DNA of 64,000 bases, taken from the NCBI GenBank assembly GCA_963666735.1, contig OY762926.1, positions 1,280,001-1,344,000 of the forward strand, read 5' to 3'. Under the pieces are notes generated by a model. The model was not told where the DNA came from. It made no database searches and saw nothing but the letters and a program-made list of their open reading frames with translations. Each line of letters opens with the position of its first letter. Position 1 is the stretch's first letter. Shown here piece by piece: positions 32,197 through 41,384 of the stretch. The stretch comes from Gemmatimonadota bacterium. Its GTDB lineage: Bacteria > Gemmatimonadota > Gemmatimonadetes > Palauibacterales > Palauibacteraceae. Position numbers and translations under genes: made by a program.

Positions 32197-33932
32197 CAGG
32201 CGATCGCGTGGCCGTCGCGGCGCGGATCGGACCCGCCCGCCAGAGCGCCCGTCTCCGCGTCCCGGTACACCCCCTGTACGCCGCCGAGATTGCCGGGCTC
32301 CACCAGGTTGTGCCCTCGATCGGCGAGCTCTCCGTACACCTCCGGTGGGAAGCCCGCCTCCAGGTACGTGACCGAGTCCTCCGGAATCGGCGTCAGGCCG
32401 CCGCCCCGGTTGAGGCACATCCGGGGTGACGCAATCGCAAGCTGCATGTCCATCCTGCCTGCCGTCAGCTTCGTGATCACCTGCCCGACCGTCTGCGGGA
32501 TCGTGTAGCCGCCGGCGGCACCGACCGCCGCGACGAGATTCCCGTCCTTCATGACCACGCACGGCGTCATCACGCCCTTCGCCTTCTGCCCTCCCGCGAT
32601 GTAGTTGACATGCCCTTCCTCGAGGGAGAAGCCGAACATGTGGCCGTTGTTCAGGAAGATCCCCGTGTCGCCCGCGATCACACCGCTCCCGTAGAGGGCG
32701 ACGAGCGACTGCGTGAAGGCGACGGCGTTCCCCCAGCGGTCGGCGGAGGAGAGGCTCGTCGTCCCGAAGAACGGGAGCGGGGCGCCCGAGAAAGAGGCGA
32801 TGCGGCCGGGATCGATCGTCCCCCGCTGCTCGTCCGCGTATTCCTTCGAGATGATCATGTCGACCGGGATCTCCGCGTCTTCGTTCCCCGTGTTGTACCG
32901 TTCGTCATCGATCAGGGCGAGCCGGTTCGCCTCGAGCCACAGGTGGGCGAACTCGGAGCTGTAGAGGTCCATGTTCGCGAGGTCGAAGCCGTCCATGATG
33001 TTGAGCGCCTGGAACATCGTCATCCCGCACGATCCCGGCGGCATGGCGTACAGGTCGTGTCCCTGGAAGGTCGTCGCGATGGGCTCTCGCCACGCGACCT
33101 CGTATCCCTCGAGATCGGCCTTTGTCATGTGGCCGCCGTTCTCGGCGAGGAAGGCGACGATGCGGTCTCCGATCTCGCCCTTGTAGAGGTCGTCGGCGCC
33201 TTCGCGCGCGAGCCGACGCATGCTGGCGGCGAGTTCGGGCTGCTTGATGATCTCGCCCATCCGCGGCGGACGGCCGTTCGGGAACATGATCCGTGTGCTC
33301 GACGGGTAGTGCCCGAGCTTGTCCGCGCTCCCGGTGGTGTGGAGTTCATCGAACTTCGAGATGACGAAGCCGTCCTCGGCGAGCTGGATTGCGGGTTCGA
33401 ACACGTCGCCGAGGCTCATCGTCCCGTAACGCTCGAGCACGGCGGCCCAGCCCTTGAAGGCGCCGGGCACGATCGGCGCCCTGTAGCCCATCTCGACATC
33501 ATCCGGCGTGATCGTGCTCGCCGAAGATGCCGCGGGCGCCCGTCCGAGCGCGTCCAGGCCGACGACCCGGTTCTCCTCCGCCAGGTAGATGAGCATGAAG
33601 CCGCCGAAGCCGCCGAGCCCGGACATGTAGGGCTCGGAGACGTTGAGCGTGGCGGAAGCGGCGACGATGGCGTCGATCGCGTTCCCGCCCTGCATCATGA
33701 TCGTCGTGCCGGCGAGCGAGGCGTAGTAGTCGGCGGCGGCGGTCACACCGCGGCGACCCCACACGGTCCCGTGCGCGGGGCCGAGCAGACCGGGGACGTT
33801 CGAATCGCCCGCCGGGCCCCATTGTCCGATCCCGTCCGGGGGCGCGGCGGCCGTCTCGGGGGCGCGGCAAGCGATCAGACCGGATCCGGCGGCGGCCGCG
33901 GCGGAGGTGGCGAGGAAGTCTCGGCGTCTCAT
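32193..33932 (-). CDS. Gamma-glutamyltransferase-family Ntn hydrolase, Tat lipoprotein (copy 1)
   Basis: MRRRDFL plus LIAC, GGNAIDA, EPYMSGLGG, nucleophile GTTSLS, GSDPRRDG. Confidence 0.9.
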   Translation of the reverse strand: MRRRDFLATSAAAAAGSGLIACRAPETAAAPPDGIGQWGPAGDSNVPGLLGPAHGTVWGRRGVTAAADYYASLAGTTIMMQGGNAIDAIVAASATLNVSEPYMSGLGGFGGFMLIYLAEENRVVGLDALGRAPAASSASTITPDDVEMGYRAPIVPGAFKGWAAVLERYGTMSLGDVFEPAIQLAEDGFVISKFDELHTTGSADKLGHYPSSTRIMFPNGRPPRMGEIIKQPELAASMRRLAREGADDLYKGEIGDRIVAFLAENGGHMTKADLEGYEVAWREPIATTFQGHDLYAMPPGSCGMTMFQALNIMDGFDLANMDLYSSEFAHLWLEANRLALIDDERYNTGNEDAEIPVDMIISKEYADEQRGTIDPGRIASFSGAPLPFFGTTSLSSADRWGNAVAFTQSLVALYGSGVIAGDTGIFLNNGHMFGFSLEEGHVNYIAGGQKAKGVMTPCVVMKDGNLVAAVGAAGGYTIPQTVGQVITKLTAGRMDMQLAIASPRMCLNRGGGLTPIPEDSVTYLEAGFPPEVYGELADRGHNLVEPGNLGGVQGVYRDAETGALAGGSDPRRDGHAIAW

Positions 33933-33999
33933 GGGACGGCTCCTGGGCAGGGGGGATCGCGCGACCCTCATCCTAGACTCCGAGTTGCCCACCGCTCAA
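33933..33999 (-). promoter_or_regulatory. Conserved promoter and leader of GGT copy 1
   Basis: TTGAGC-18 nt-TAGGAT then GCGATCCCCCTGCCCAGGAG; the same layout precedes the other two copies. Confidence 0.65.
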
Positions 34000-34075
34000 G
34001 ACCCTTGTTGGCGCCCGGCCGGCGCATCGGCGGCACACCCTCCCGAGCGCGCCGCCGATGCGTCGGGTGAGAGCC

Positions 34076-35818
34076 CTACCAGGCGATGGCGTGACCATCC
34101 CGCCGTGGGTCGGACCCGCCGGCCAGGGCGCCGGTCTCGGCATCGCGGTACACGCCCTGCACGCCGCCCGGGTTTCCGGGCTCGGCCAGGTGGTGGCCGC
34201 GGTCCTCGAGTTCGCCGTACACCTCGGGCGGGAAGCCCGCCTCCAGGTACGTGACCGAGTCCTCCGGGATCGGCGTTCGCCCCCCGCCCCGGTTGAGGCA
34301 CATGCGCGGCGAGGCGATCGCGAGCTGTATGTCCATTCCGCCCGTCGTCAGCTTGGTGATCACCTGCCCCACCGTCTGCGGGATCGTGTAACCGCCCGCG
34401 GCGCCTACCGCGGCGACGAGGTTGCCGTCCTTCATCACGACGCACGGCGTCATGACGCCCTTCGCCTTCTGGCCGCCTTCGAGGTGATTGACGTGCCCCT
34501 CCTCGAGGACGAAGCCGAAGGTGTGGCCGTTGTTGAGGAAGATCCCGGTGTCGCCGGCGATCACCCCGCTGCCGTAGCCGCTCACGAGCGACTGCGTGAA
34601 GGCGACCGCGTTCCCCCAACGATCGGCGGACGAGAGGCTCGTCGTGCCGAAGAAGGGGAGCGGGGCCCCGGAGAAGGAGGCGATGCGGGCGGGGTCGATC
34701 GTCGCCCGCTGCTCATCCGCGTATTCCTTGGAGATGATCATGTCGACGGGAATCTCGACATCTTCCTTCCCAGTGTTGTAGCGGTCGTCGTCGATGAGGG
34801 CGAGCCGGTACGCCTCGAGCCAGAGGTGCGCGAACTCCGAACTGTAGAGGTCCATGTTCGCGAGGTCGAAACCGTCCATGATGTTGAGCGCCTGGAACAT
34901 CGACATTCCGCACGAGCCAGGCGGCATCGCGTACAGGTCGTGCCCCTGGAAGGTCGTCGTGATCGGTTCCTTCCACGCGACGTCGTACGACTCCAGGTCG
35001 CCCATCGTCATGTGGCCCCCGTTCTCGGCGAGGAAGGAGACGACGCGCTCGCCGATCTCCCCCCTGTAGAAGTCCTCCGCGCCTTCGCGGGCGAGGCGGC
35101 GCATGCTCGCGGCGAGGTCGGGTTGCCGGATGATCTCGCCCATGCGAGGGGGGCGGCCGTTCGGGAACATCACGCGGGTGGTCGACGGGAACTGTCCCAG
35201 CTTCTCGGCAGCGGCGCCGTTCGTGTGGATCTCGTCGAAGCGCGAGACGACGAACCCGTCCTCGGCGAGGCGGATCGCGGGCTCGAATACGTCGCCCAAG
35301 CTCATCGTCCCGTAGCGTTCGAGGGCGGCGGCCCAGCCCTTGAAGGCGCCGGGCACGATGGGCGCCTTGTAGCCCGCGGCGAAATCGTCGAGCGTCATCG
35401 TCGCCGGAGACGAGGCAGCAGGCGACTTGCCGAGCGCGTCGAGTCCGACGACCCGGTTCTCCTCGGCGAGGTAGATGAGCATGAAGCCGCCGAAGCCCCC
35501 GATGCCGGACATGTAGGGCTCGGAGACGTTGAGCATGGCCGACGCGGCCACGATGGCGTCCACGGCATTTCCGCCCTGCATCATGATCGTCGTGCCGGCA
35601 AGCGAGGCGTAGTAGTCGGCGGCGGCCGTCACGCCCCGCGCCCCCCACACGGCCCGGTGCGCGGGTCCGAGCAGGCCCGGGACGTTCGAATCTCCGGCCG
35701 GGCCCCATTGCCCACCGCCGGAAGTGGCCGGGCCGGCGGTCTCGGGAGGCCGGCATCCGATGAGACTGGATCCGGCGGCTGCGGCGGCGGAGGTGGCGAG
35801 GAAGTCTCGGCGTCTCAT
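34076..35818 (-). CDS. Gamma-glutamyltransferase-family Ntn hydrolase, Tat lipoprotein (copy 2)
   Basis: Same motifs as copy 1 (MRRRDFL, LIGC, GTTSLS, GSDPRRDG); highly similar paralog. Confidence 0.9.
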   Translation of the reverse strand: MRRRDFLATSAAAAAGSSLIGCRPPETAGPATSGGGQWGPAGDSNVPGLLGPAHRAVWGARGVTAAADYYASLAGTTIMMQGGNAVDAIVAASAMLNVSEPYMSGIGGFGGFMLIYLAEENRVVGLDALGKSPAASSPATMTLDDFAAGYKAPIVPGAFKGWAAALERYGTMSLGDVFEPAIRLAEDGFVVSRFDEIHTNGAAAEKLGQFPSTTRVMFPNGRPPRMGEIIRQPDLAASMRRLAREGAEDFYRGEIGERVVSFLAENGGHMTMGDLESYDVAWKEPITTTFQGHDLYAMPPGSCGMSMFQALNIMDGFDLANMDLYSSEFAHLWLEAYRLALIDDDRYNTGKEDVEIPVDMIISKEYADEQRATIDPARIASFSGAPLPFFGTTSLSSADRWGNAVAFTQSLVSGYGSGVIAGDTGIFLNNGHTFGFVLEEGHVNHLEGGQKAKGVMTPCVVMKDGNLVAAVGAAGGYTIPQTVGQVITKLTTGGMDIQLAIASPRMCLNRGGGRTPIPEDSVTYLEAGFPPEVYGELEDRGHHLAEPGNPGGVQGVYRDAETGALAGGSDPRRDGHAIAW

Positions 35819-35884
35819 GGGACAGCTCCTGGGCAGGGGGGATCGCAGACTCTGATCCTAGGTTGCGGATCGCTCGCCGCTCAA
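35819..35884 (-). promoter_or_regulatory. Conserved promoter and leader of GGT copy 2
   Basis: TTGAGC-18 nt-TAGGAT, GCGATCCCCCCTGCCCAGGAG RBS leader. Confidence 0.65.
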
Positions 35885-35985
35885 GACCCGGCACACGGCG
35901 ACGGGAACCCGTGCAATAACCGCAGGACTCCCGCCTATGGACTATCGTAGACGGCATCCAGCTCATTCTTCCAGGATATCAAAAC

Positions 35986-37515
35986 GTGCTCGACCCCATC
36001 ACATCCAACCCGAGCCACCCCGACGGTTCGGTCATCGCCGCCCTCCGGGGCCTTCAGGGACGCGCCACCGTAGGCGATGTCGTCTCCGCCACCGGATTGC
36101 CGGACCACGAGGCCGAGGTCGCCCTGAGGTCCCTCCTGGAGACGCACCGCGGCCACCTCGAGGTCTCCGATTCGGGCGACCTCCTCTACCGGTTCGATCC
36201 CACGCTCATCGAACGGGACGCGGAACCGTTCCGGGCGCGCTTCCGCAGAGTCGCCTGGTCGGCCTTCCAGGTCGGCTTCAAGATCTGGACGGCCGTCATG
36301 CTGGTCGTCTACTTCGTCATCTTCGTCCTGATTCTGATCGCGCTGATGACCGCCAACCGCGACGGACGCGGCTCCGGCGGGCGCAGGGGCTTCAGCCTGG
36401 GGGACTTCTTCATCCTCCACTGGCTTCTCGGGGGCCGCGGGTGGGACCGGAGGGGCCTCTACTACGGCGACCGCCACGCCAGGCGGCTCCCGAAGGACGC
36501 CCGGCCGCCGTTCTACAAGAAGGTCTTCGCCTTCATCTTCGGCCCCGAGGAGCCCAGGCCGACGCAGCTCCAGAAGGATCGTACGGTTGTCCAGTTGATC
36601 CGGGCGCGGAAGGGCGTCCTGACGTCGTCGGAGTTGATCGAGCACACCGGCCTGCCGGTCGACGCCGCCGTCGAAGAAATGGGACGCCTCACCGGTGCCT
36701 ACGGAGGCGACCCGCGGGTGTCGGACGCGGGCGAGGTCGTGTACGCCTTCCCCGAGCTGATGAGAAGCGCCCACGGAGAGGTCCGCGCACGAGAGCCCGA
36801 ACCGGCATGGATGCGGTTGGAGTACCCAAGAAAGCTGACGGGCAACAGCGGCGGGGCCAACGTCGGCATCGGCGCCATGAACGGCTTCAACCTGGCGATG
36901 GCGAGCGTGATCGGGCTGCCCTCCTCGTTCGATCCGGTCACCTTCTACGGGCTGGGCGTCGTGCCGTTCACCTACAGCAGCCTCTTCTTCGCAATCCCCA
37001 TCGTCCGCTCGTTGACCCTGGCCGGGGAGAACCGCGCGCGTATGCGGCGCAACGTGCGGCGCCTGCTCGTGGGCCTGGTCTACTCCCGCAGCGTCGGGAC
37101 CGGTCAGTGGGTCGCAGCTGGCGACGCGATCCGCCACGTGACGCGCGCGCTCGATGGCCAGCAGGCGCCGCCGAAGATGATCCTGGCGGAGCTGGAACGC
37201 CTGGCGGCCGAGTTCGACGCGGAAGTGGAGGCGGAGGACGAAGGGTTCAGGTATCGTTTCCCCGCGATACGCGAGACCTTCGTCGAGGCGGAACTCATGC
37301 GGCGCCGGCTGAAGCTCCAGGATCAGCGTCTCGGCCGCATCGTCTACGCAACCTCCGACACCGCCGCGGAGGCCTCACGACGAGATCTGGCCGCCTTCGA
37401 CCGCGAACTCGAAGGTGCCCAACTCGACCTCTCCCGCTACCTCCCCTCCCACACCCGGGTAGGCTACGAGGAAGATTTCGAGGTGGTCATGGATCCGGAC
37501 CCGGCGAGGACGTAG
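35986..37515 (+). CDS. Hypothetical membrane protein with three repeated winged-helix-like modules
   Basis: Host-like codon usage, TM segments, repeats GHLEVSDSGDLLYRFD / GDPRVSDAGEVVYAFPEL / AEVEAEDEGFRYRFPAI. Confidence 0.8.
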   Translation: MLDPITSNPSHPDGSVIAALRGLQGRATVGDVVSATGLPDHEAEVALRSLLETHRGHLEVSDSGDLLYRFDPTLIERDAEPFRARFRRVAWSAFQVGFKIWTAVMLVVYFVIFVLILIALMTANRDGRGSGGRRGFSLGDFFILHWLLGGRGWDRRGLYYGDRHARRLPKDARPPFYKKVFAFIFGPEEPRPTQLQKDRTVVQLIRARKGVLTSSELIEHTGLPVDAAVEEMGRLTGAYGGDPRVSDAGEVVYAFPELMRSAHGEVRAREPEPAWMRLEYPRKLTGNSGGANVGIGAMNGFNLAMASVIGLPSSFDPVTFYGLGVVPFTYSSLFFAIPIVRSLTLAGENRARMRRNVRRLLVGLVYSRSVGTGQWVAAGDAIRHVTRALDGQQAPPKMILAELERLAAEFDAEVEAEDEGFRYRFPAIRETFVEAELMRRRLKLQDQRLGRIVYATSDTAAEASRRDLAAFDRELEGAQLDLSRYLPSHTRVGYEEDFEVVMDPDPART

Positions 37516-37519
37516 AGGA

Positions 37520-39259
37520 CTACCAGGCGATGGCGTGGCCGTCGCGTCTCGGGTCCGACCCGCCGGAGAGGGCGCCCGTCCCCGCGTCGCGATGCACCGC
37601 CTGCACGCCCCCCAGGTTGCCGGGCTCCGCAAGGTAGTGGCCGCGGTCCGCCAACTCCTCGTAGACCTCGGACGGGAACCCGGCCTCGAGATAGGTGACG
37701 GAGTCCTCCGGGATCGGCGTCCGGCCGCCGCCCCGGTTCACGCACATGCGCGGCGAGGCGATCGCGAGCTGCATGTCCATGCCGGCCACCGCGAGCTTCG
37801 TGATCACCTGGCCGACCGTCTGCGGGATCGTATAGCCGCCCTGGGCCCCGACGGCCGCGAACAGGTCTCCGCCCCTCATCATGATGCAGGGCGTCATCAC
37901 GCCCTTCGCCCGCTTGCCGCCCTCGAGGTGGTTCACATGACCCTCTTCGAGCACGAAACCGAACATGTGGCCGTTGTTGAGGAAGATCCCGGTGTCCCCG
38001 GCGATCACGCCGCTCCCGTACGCGTTGACGAGCGATTGCGTGAAGGCGGCCGCGTTCCCCCACCGGTCGACGGTGGAGAGGCTCGTCGTCCCGAAGAACG
38101 GAAGCGGGGCCCCGGAGAAGGAGGCGACGCGCATCGGATCGATTTTCGCGCGCTGCTCGTCCGCGTACTCTCGCGAGATGATCCTGTCGACGGGGATATC
38201 CACGTCTTCCTTCCCGGTGTTGTACCGGTCATCGTCGGCGAGGGCGAGCTTGAACGCCTCCAGCCACAGGTGCACGAACTCCGAGCCGTACAGATCCATG
38301 TTCGCGAGGTCGAACCCATCCATGATGTTGAGCGCCTGGAACATCGACATCCCGCACGAACCCGGCGGCATGGCATGCAGGTCGTATCCCTGGAAGGTCG
38401 TCCTGATCGGCTCTCTCCACTCGACCTCATACGACTCCAGATCCGCCTTCGTCAGGTGGCCGCCGTTCCCGGCCAGGAAGGCGACGATGCGGTCGGCGAG
38501 TTCGCCCTTGTAGAGGTCGTCGGCCCCGGCGCTGGCGAGGTGTCGCATGCTGGCCGCGAGATCCGGCTGCTTGATGATCTCGCCCATGCGGGGCGGGCGC
38601 CCGTTGGGGAAGAACACGCGCGTCGTCGACGGGTATCGGCTCAGCTTGTCCGCACTCGACGCCGTGTAGCGCTCGTCGAACTTCGAGATCACGAAGCCGT
38701 CCTCGGCAAGCTGGATCGCGGGCTCGAACAGGTCGCCGAGACTCATCGTGCCGTAGCGCTCCAGGGCGGCGGCCCACCCCTTGAAGGCCCCGGGCACGAT
38801 CGGCGCCTTGTAGCCCATGGCGAAGTCGTCGAGCGTCATCGTCTCCGGCGACGAGGCGGCGGGCGACTTGCCGAGCGCGTCGAGACCGACGACGCGGTTC
38901 TCCCCGGCCAGGTAGATGAGCATGTAGCCGCCGAAGCCCCCGATGCCGGACATGTAGGGATCCGACACGTTCAGCGTGGCGCACGCGGCGACCATCGCGT
39001 CGATCGCGTTCCCGCCCCGCATCATGGTCTGCGTGCCCGCGAGCGACGCGTAGTAGTCGGAGCAGGCCGTCACCCCCGTGCGGCCCCACACGGTCCCGTG
39101 CGCGGGGCCGGCCAGACCGGGCACATGCGAGTAATCGCCCGACCCCCACTGCCCGGAAGTGACGGGCGGCGCGGCGGCGGTCTCGGGAGGGCGGCAAGCG
39201 ACGAGGCTCGATCCGGCGGCGGCCGCGGCGGACGCGGCGAGGAAGTCTCGGCGTTTCAT
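37520..39259 (-). CDS. Gamma-glutamyltransferase-family Ntn hydrolase, Tat lipoprotein (copy 3)
   Basis: MKRRDFL plus LVAC, GGNAIDA, GTTSLS, GSDPRRDG. Confidence 0.9.
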   Translation of the reverse strand: MKRRDFLAASAAAAAGSSLVACRPPETAAAPPVTSGQWGSGDYSHVPGLAGPAHGTVWGRTGVTACSDYYASLAGTQTMMRGGNAIDAMVAACATLNVSDPYMSGIGGFGGYMLIYLAGENRVVGLDALGKSPAASSPETMTLDDFAMGYKAPIVPGAFKGWAAALERYGTMSLGDLFEPAIQLAEDGFVISKFDERYTASSADKLSRYPSTTRVFFPNGRPPRMGEIIKQPDLAASMRHLASAGADDLYKGELADRIVAFLAGNGGHLTKADLESYEVEWREPIRTTFQGYDLHAMPPGSCGMSMFQALNIMDGFDLANMDLYGSEFVHLWLEAFKLALADDDRYNTGKEDVDIPVDRIISREYADEQRAKIDPMRVASFSGAPLPFFGTTSLSTVDRWGNAAAFTQSLVNAYGSGVIAGDTGIFLNNGHMFGFVLEEGHVNHLEGGKRAKGVMTPCIMMRGGDLFAAVGAQGGYTIPQTVGQVITKLAVAGMDMQLAIASPRMCVNRGGGRTPIPEDSVTYLEAGFPSEVYEELADRGHYLAEPGNLGGVQAVHRDAGTGALSGGSDPRRDGHAIAW

Positions 39260-39323
39260 CGGACGGCTCCTGGCAGGGGGATCGCAGACTTCGATCCTAG
39301 ATCCGGGCCTGCCGATCGTTCAA
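39260..39323 (-). promoter_or_regulatory. Conserved promoter and leader of GGT copy 3
   Basis: TTGAAC-18 nt-TAGGAT, GCGATCCCCCTGCCAGGAG. Confidence 0.65.
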
Positions 39324-39328
39324 GGCAC

Positions 39329-39610
39329 TTAGAGCTTCAGGTCGCCGCCGGGATCGCGGCGTCTCAGGCGCTCCAGCACCTCTTCGGCCGCCCGCATCCG
39401 GGAGCGGCGCGCCTCCTCGTCCAATACGGCCGCCGCCCACTCCGGCCGCCCGTCCTGCTCCGGCGCCCGCAGCACGGACCCTTCACGGCTTCCGGGGGGC
39501 AGCACGCTGGTGGGCACATCCTCGGTATGCTCGTCCTCGTCGCGTATGAGCAGGGCGATCGAGCCCTCCACCCGGTCGACGACCCAGAGACGCTCCCTAC
39601 GCTCGTTCAA
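39329..39610 (-). CDS. DUF3006-like small protein
   Basis: WVVDRVEGSIALL...LPPGSREGSVL...LDEEARRSR; TTG start overlaps the upstream stop (TTGA). Confidence 0.75.
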   Translation of the reverse strand: MNERRERLWVVDRVEGSIALLIRDEDEHTEDVPTSVLPPGSREGSVLRAPEQDGRPEWAAAVLDEEARRSRMRAAEEVLERLRRRDPGGDLKL

Positions 39611-40977
39611 TAGTCGAACACGACCACGACCGCTCCCGTGCCGTCGTAGAGCGTCGCGGTGTCGCCGTTGTTGTTCCACACGGCCTGCCGCCGGCCCATG
39701 TAGTAGCGGGCGCCATCGGCGCGTCCGGAACCCGTGTGCACAACGAGTTGTTCGCCGGCCCCGAGTACGGCGCCCGCCGGGAACCGGAAGCATTGGTTGG
39801 CCCGGTCGCACAGCGACCAGCCGCCGATCGGCCGGTCGCCGGACTCGAGGCTTCGGATCACGGCGTACTCCCCGTTCGGATTCTCGTGATCGTTGCCGGG
39901 CGCATCGGCGTGTACCCGGAGTTGGAGCCGCACATCGCCGGGTCCGGCGGGAGGATCCATCGGCGCCGGAGCCGCCACGGGCGGGCGCCCGCGCGGGCCG
40001 TCCCCCGCCCCGCCGCGCAGCGCGACCTCCCCGCCGAACGACACGTCGTAGTCGCCGCTCTCGCGCCCCCGCACCGACACATGGCCGTGCCGATCCGTGC
40101 GGAACACGGTGGCCCCGGACGCCTCGTAGGCCCGGAGGGCGGCCGGCCGCGGGTGCCCGTAGCCGTTGTTGCGTCCCACCGAGATGACGACGACCCGAGG
40201 TCTGGCGGCGTTCAGAAACTCCCATGTGAAGCCGTTGTCGCTGCCGTGGTGCGGCGCCTTGAGCAGCGTCGCCCCGGTGACGGCCCCCCGGTTCACCAGG
40301 TGCGTGAGCTGCCGCACTTCGGAATCGCCGCTCAGGAAAGCCCGGAACTCTCCGAACCGCACGAGCAGACTCACCGAGCGGTCGTTGTGTTCCGTGGTTC
40401 CGCGAGGAAGCAGCGGCAGGACGTCGATCTCGACTTCTCCGAGCGCAAGCGTCCGCGGCGAGGCTTCCAGGTAGGTGATCTCCGGACGCGCCTCGAGGGC
40501 GGCGAGCAGCCGCCGGTAGGTCTGCGTCGCGTGCGGCTCGCCGTTGTCCATGTAGAACCGGACCGGGAACGCCGCGATGACGCCGGCCATGCCGCCAATG
40601 TGATCTGCATGCGGGTGGGTCGCGACGAGCAGATCGATCTCGGTCACGCCGAACCGGCGCAGGAGCGAAACGATGTCGCCTCGTCCCGCGTCCACGAGCG
40701 CCGTCCGGCCATCCGCCGTCTGGATGAGGACCGCATCGGCCTGTCCGACGTCGAGAAACGTGATGCGCAGCACGGAGTCCGCCGCCTCTTCGGACAGCGA
40801 CGCGACCGCACCGGCGAGTGGTGTCTCAAGGCCGGCGGCTGCCTCGTACGCGGGGGCGGATGCCGCAGAAACGGTGACCGAGGCACAAACCGCCAGAAAG
40901 ACCGCAGCCACCGCGCCGACCCTCGCGACGCGCCCGATCACCTGCGCTACACCGTCTCGAATTATCCCGCGCGACAT
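39607..40977 (-). CDS. Secreted ComEC/Rec2-type metallo-beta-lactamase-fold nuclease with C-terminal lamin-tail domain
   Basis: FLDVGQADA, HPHADHIGG, LSGD, KAPHHGS, YGHP, RTDRHG; LTD motifs NGEY, VWNNNGDTATLYD. Confidence 0.88.
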   Translation of the reverse strand: MSRGIIRDGVAQVIGRVARVGAVAAVFLAVCASVTVSAASAPAYEAAAGLETPLAGAVASLSEEAADSVLRITFLDVGQADAVLIQTADGRTALVDAGRGDIVSLLRRFGVTEIDLLVATHPHADHIGGMAGVIAAFPVRFYMDNGEPHATQTYRRLLAALEARPEITYLEASPRTLALGEVEIDVLPLLPRGTTEHNDRSVSLLVRFGEFRAFLSGDSEVRQLTHLVNRGAVTGATLLKAPHHGSDNGFTWEFLNAARPRVVVISVGRNNGYGHPRPAALRAYEASGATVFRTDRHGHVSVRGRESGDYDVSFGGEVALRGGAGDGPRGRPPVAAPAPMDPPAGPGDVRLQLRVHADAPGNDHENPNGEYAVIRSLESGDRPIGGWSLCDRANQCFRFPAGAVLGAGEQLVVHTGSGRADGARYYMGRRQAVWNNNGDTATLYDGTGAVVVVFDY

Positions 40978-41187
40978 GACTCACCTACATGACGCCCCCA
41001 ACGCGATGTCGCAAGAACCTCGCCGCAGTCTCATCGGACAGGGACGATCTCATCCGAGGGTTCCAGAGCGGCGTCACGTGAAGGCATTTCGGATGTTCAG
41101 CACGGGCACGGGGCGGCACAGCTCACTGAGACAGGGTGCCTTCGATCCGCTCGCTGCGATGCACGCCTCAGCACGCGACGTTTTCGC

Positions 41188-41216
41188 TTGACCACCACAT
41201 GTTGTGTAGCTATCAT
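41188..41216 (+). promoter_or_regulatory. Sigma70-type promoter of the CBASS operon
   Basis: TTGACC (41188-93), 17-nt spacer, TATCAT (41211-16). Confidence 0.75.
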
Positions 41217-41239
41217 TTTCGGTCCACCAGATGTTGTGG
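41192..41239. promoter_or_regulatory. Tandem NrdR-box-like operators
   Basis: CCACCACATGTTGTGT (41192-207) and CCACCAGATGTTGTGG (41224-239), 32 bp apart, resembling the NrdR consensus acaCwAtATaTwGtgt. Confidence 0.72.
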
Positions 41240-41384
41240 GGGGCAGTGATATCGTCTGGAACGAAGCCGGTAGAAGGAACGCGGGTTCCCCCTCGTTGAA
41301 CCGCAATCCCCTTCAGCGGTTCAGGTCCCAGTTTTTCTTGGTCGGGCTGAGGCTACGTGTCAGCCCAAACGAGGAGGTTTGCCA

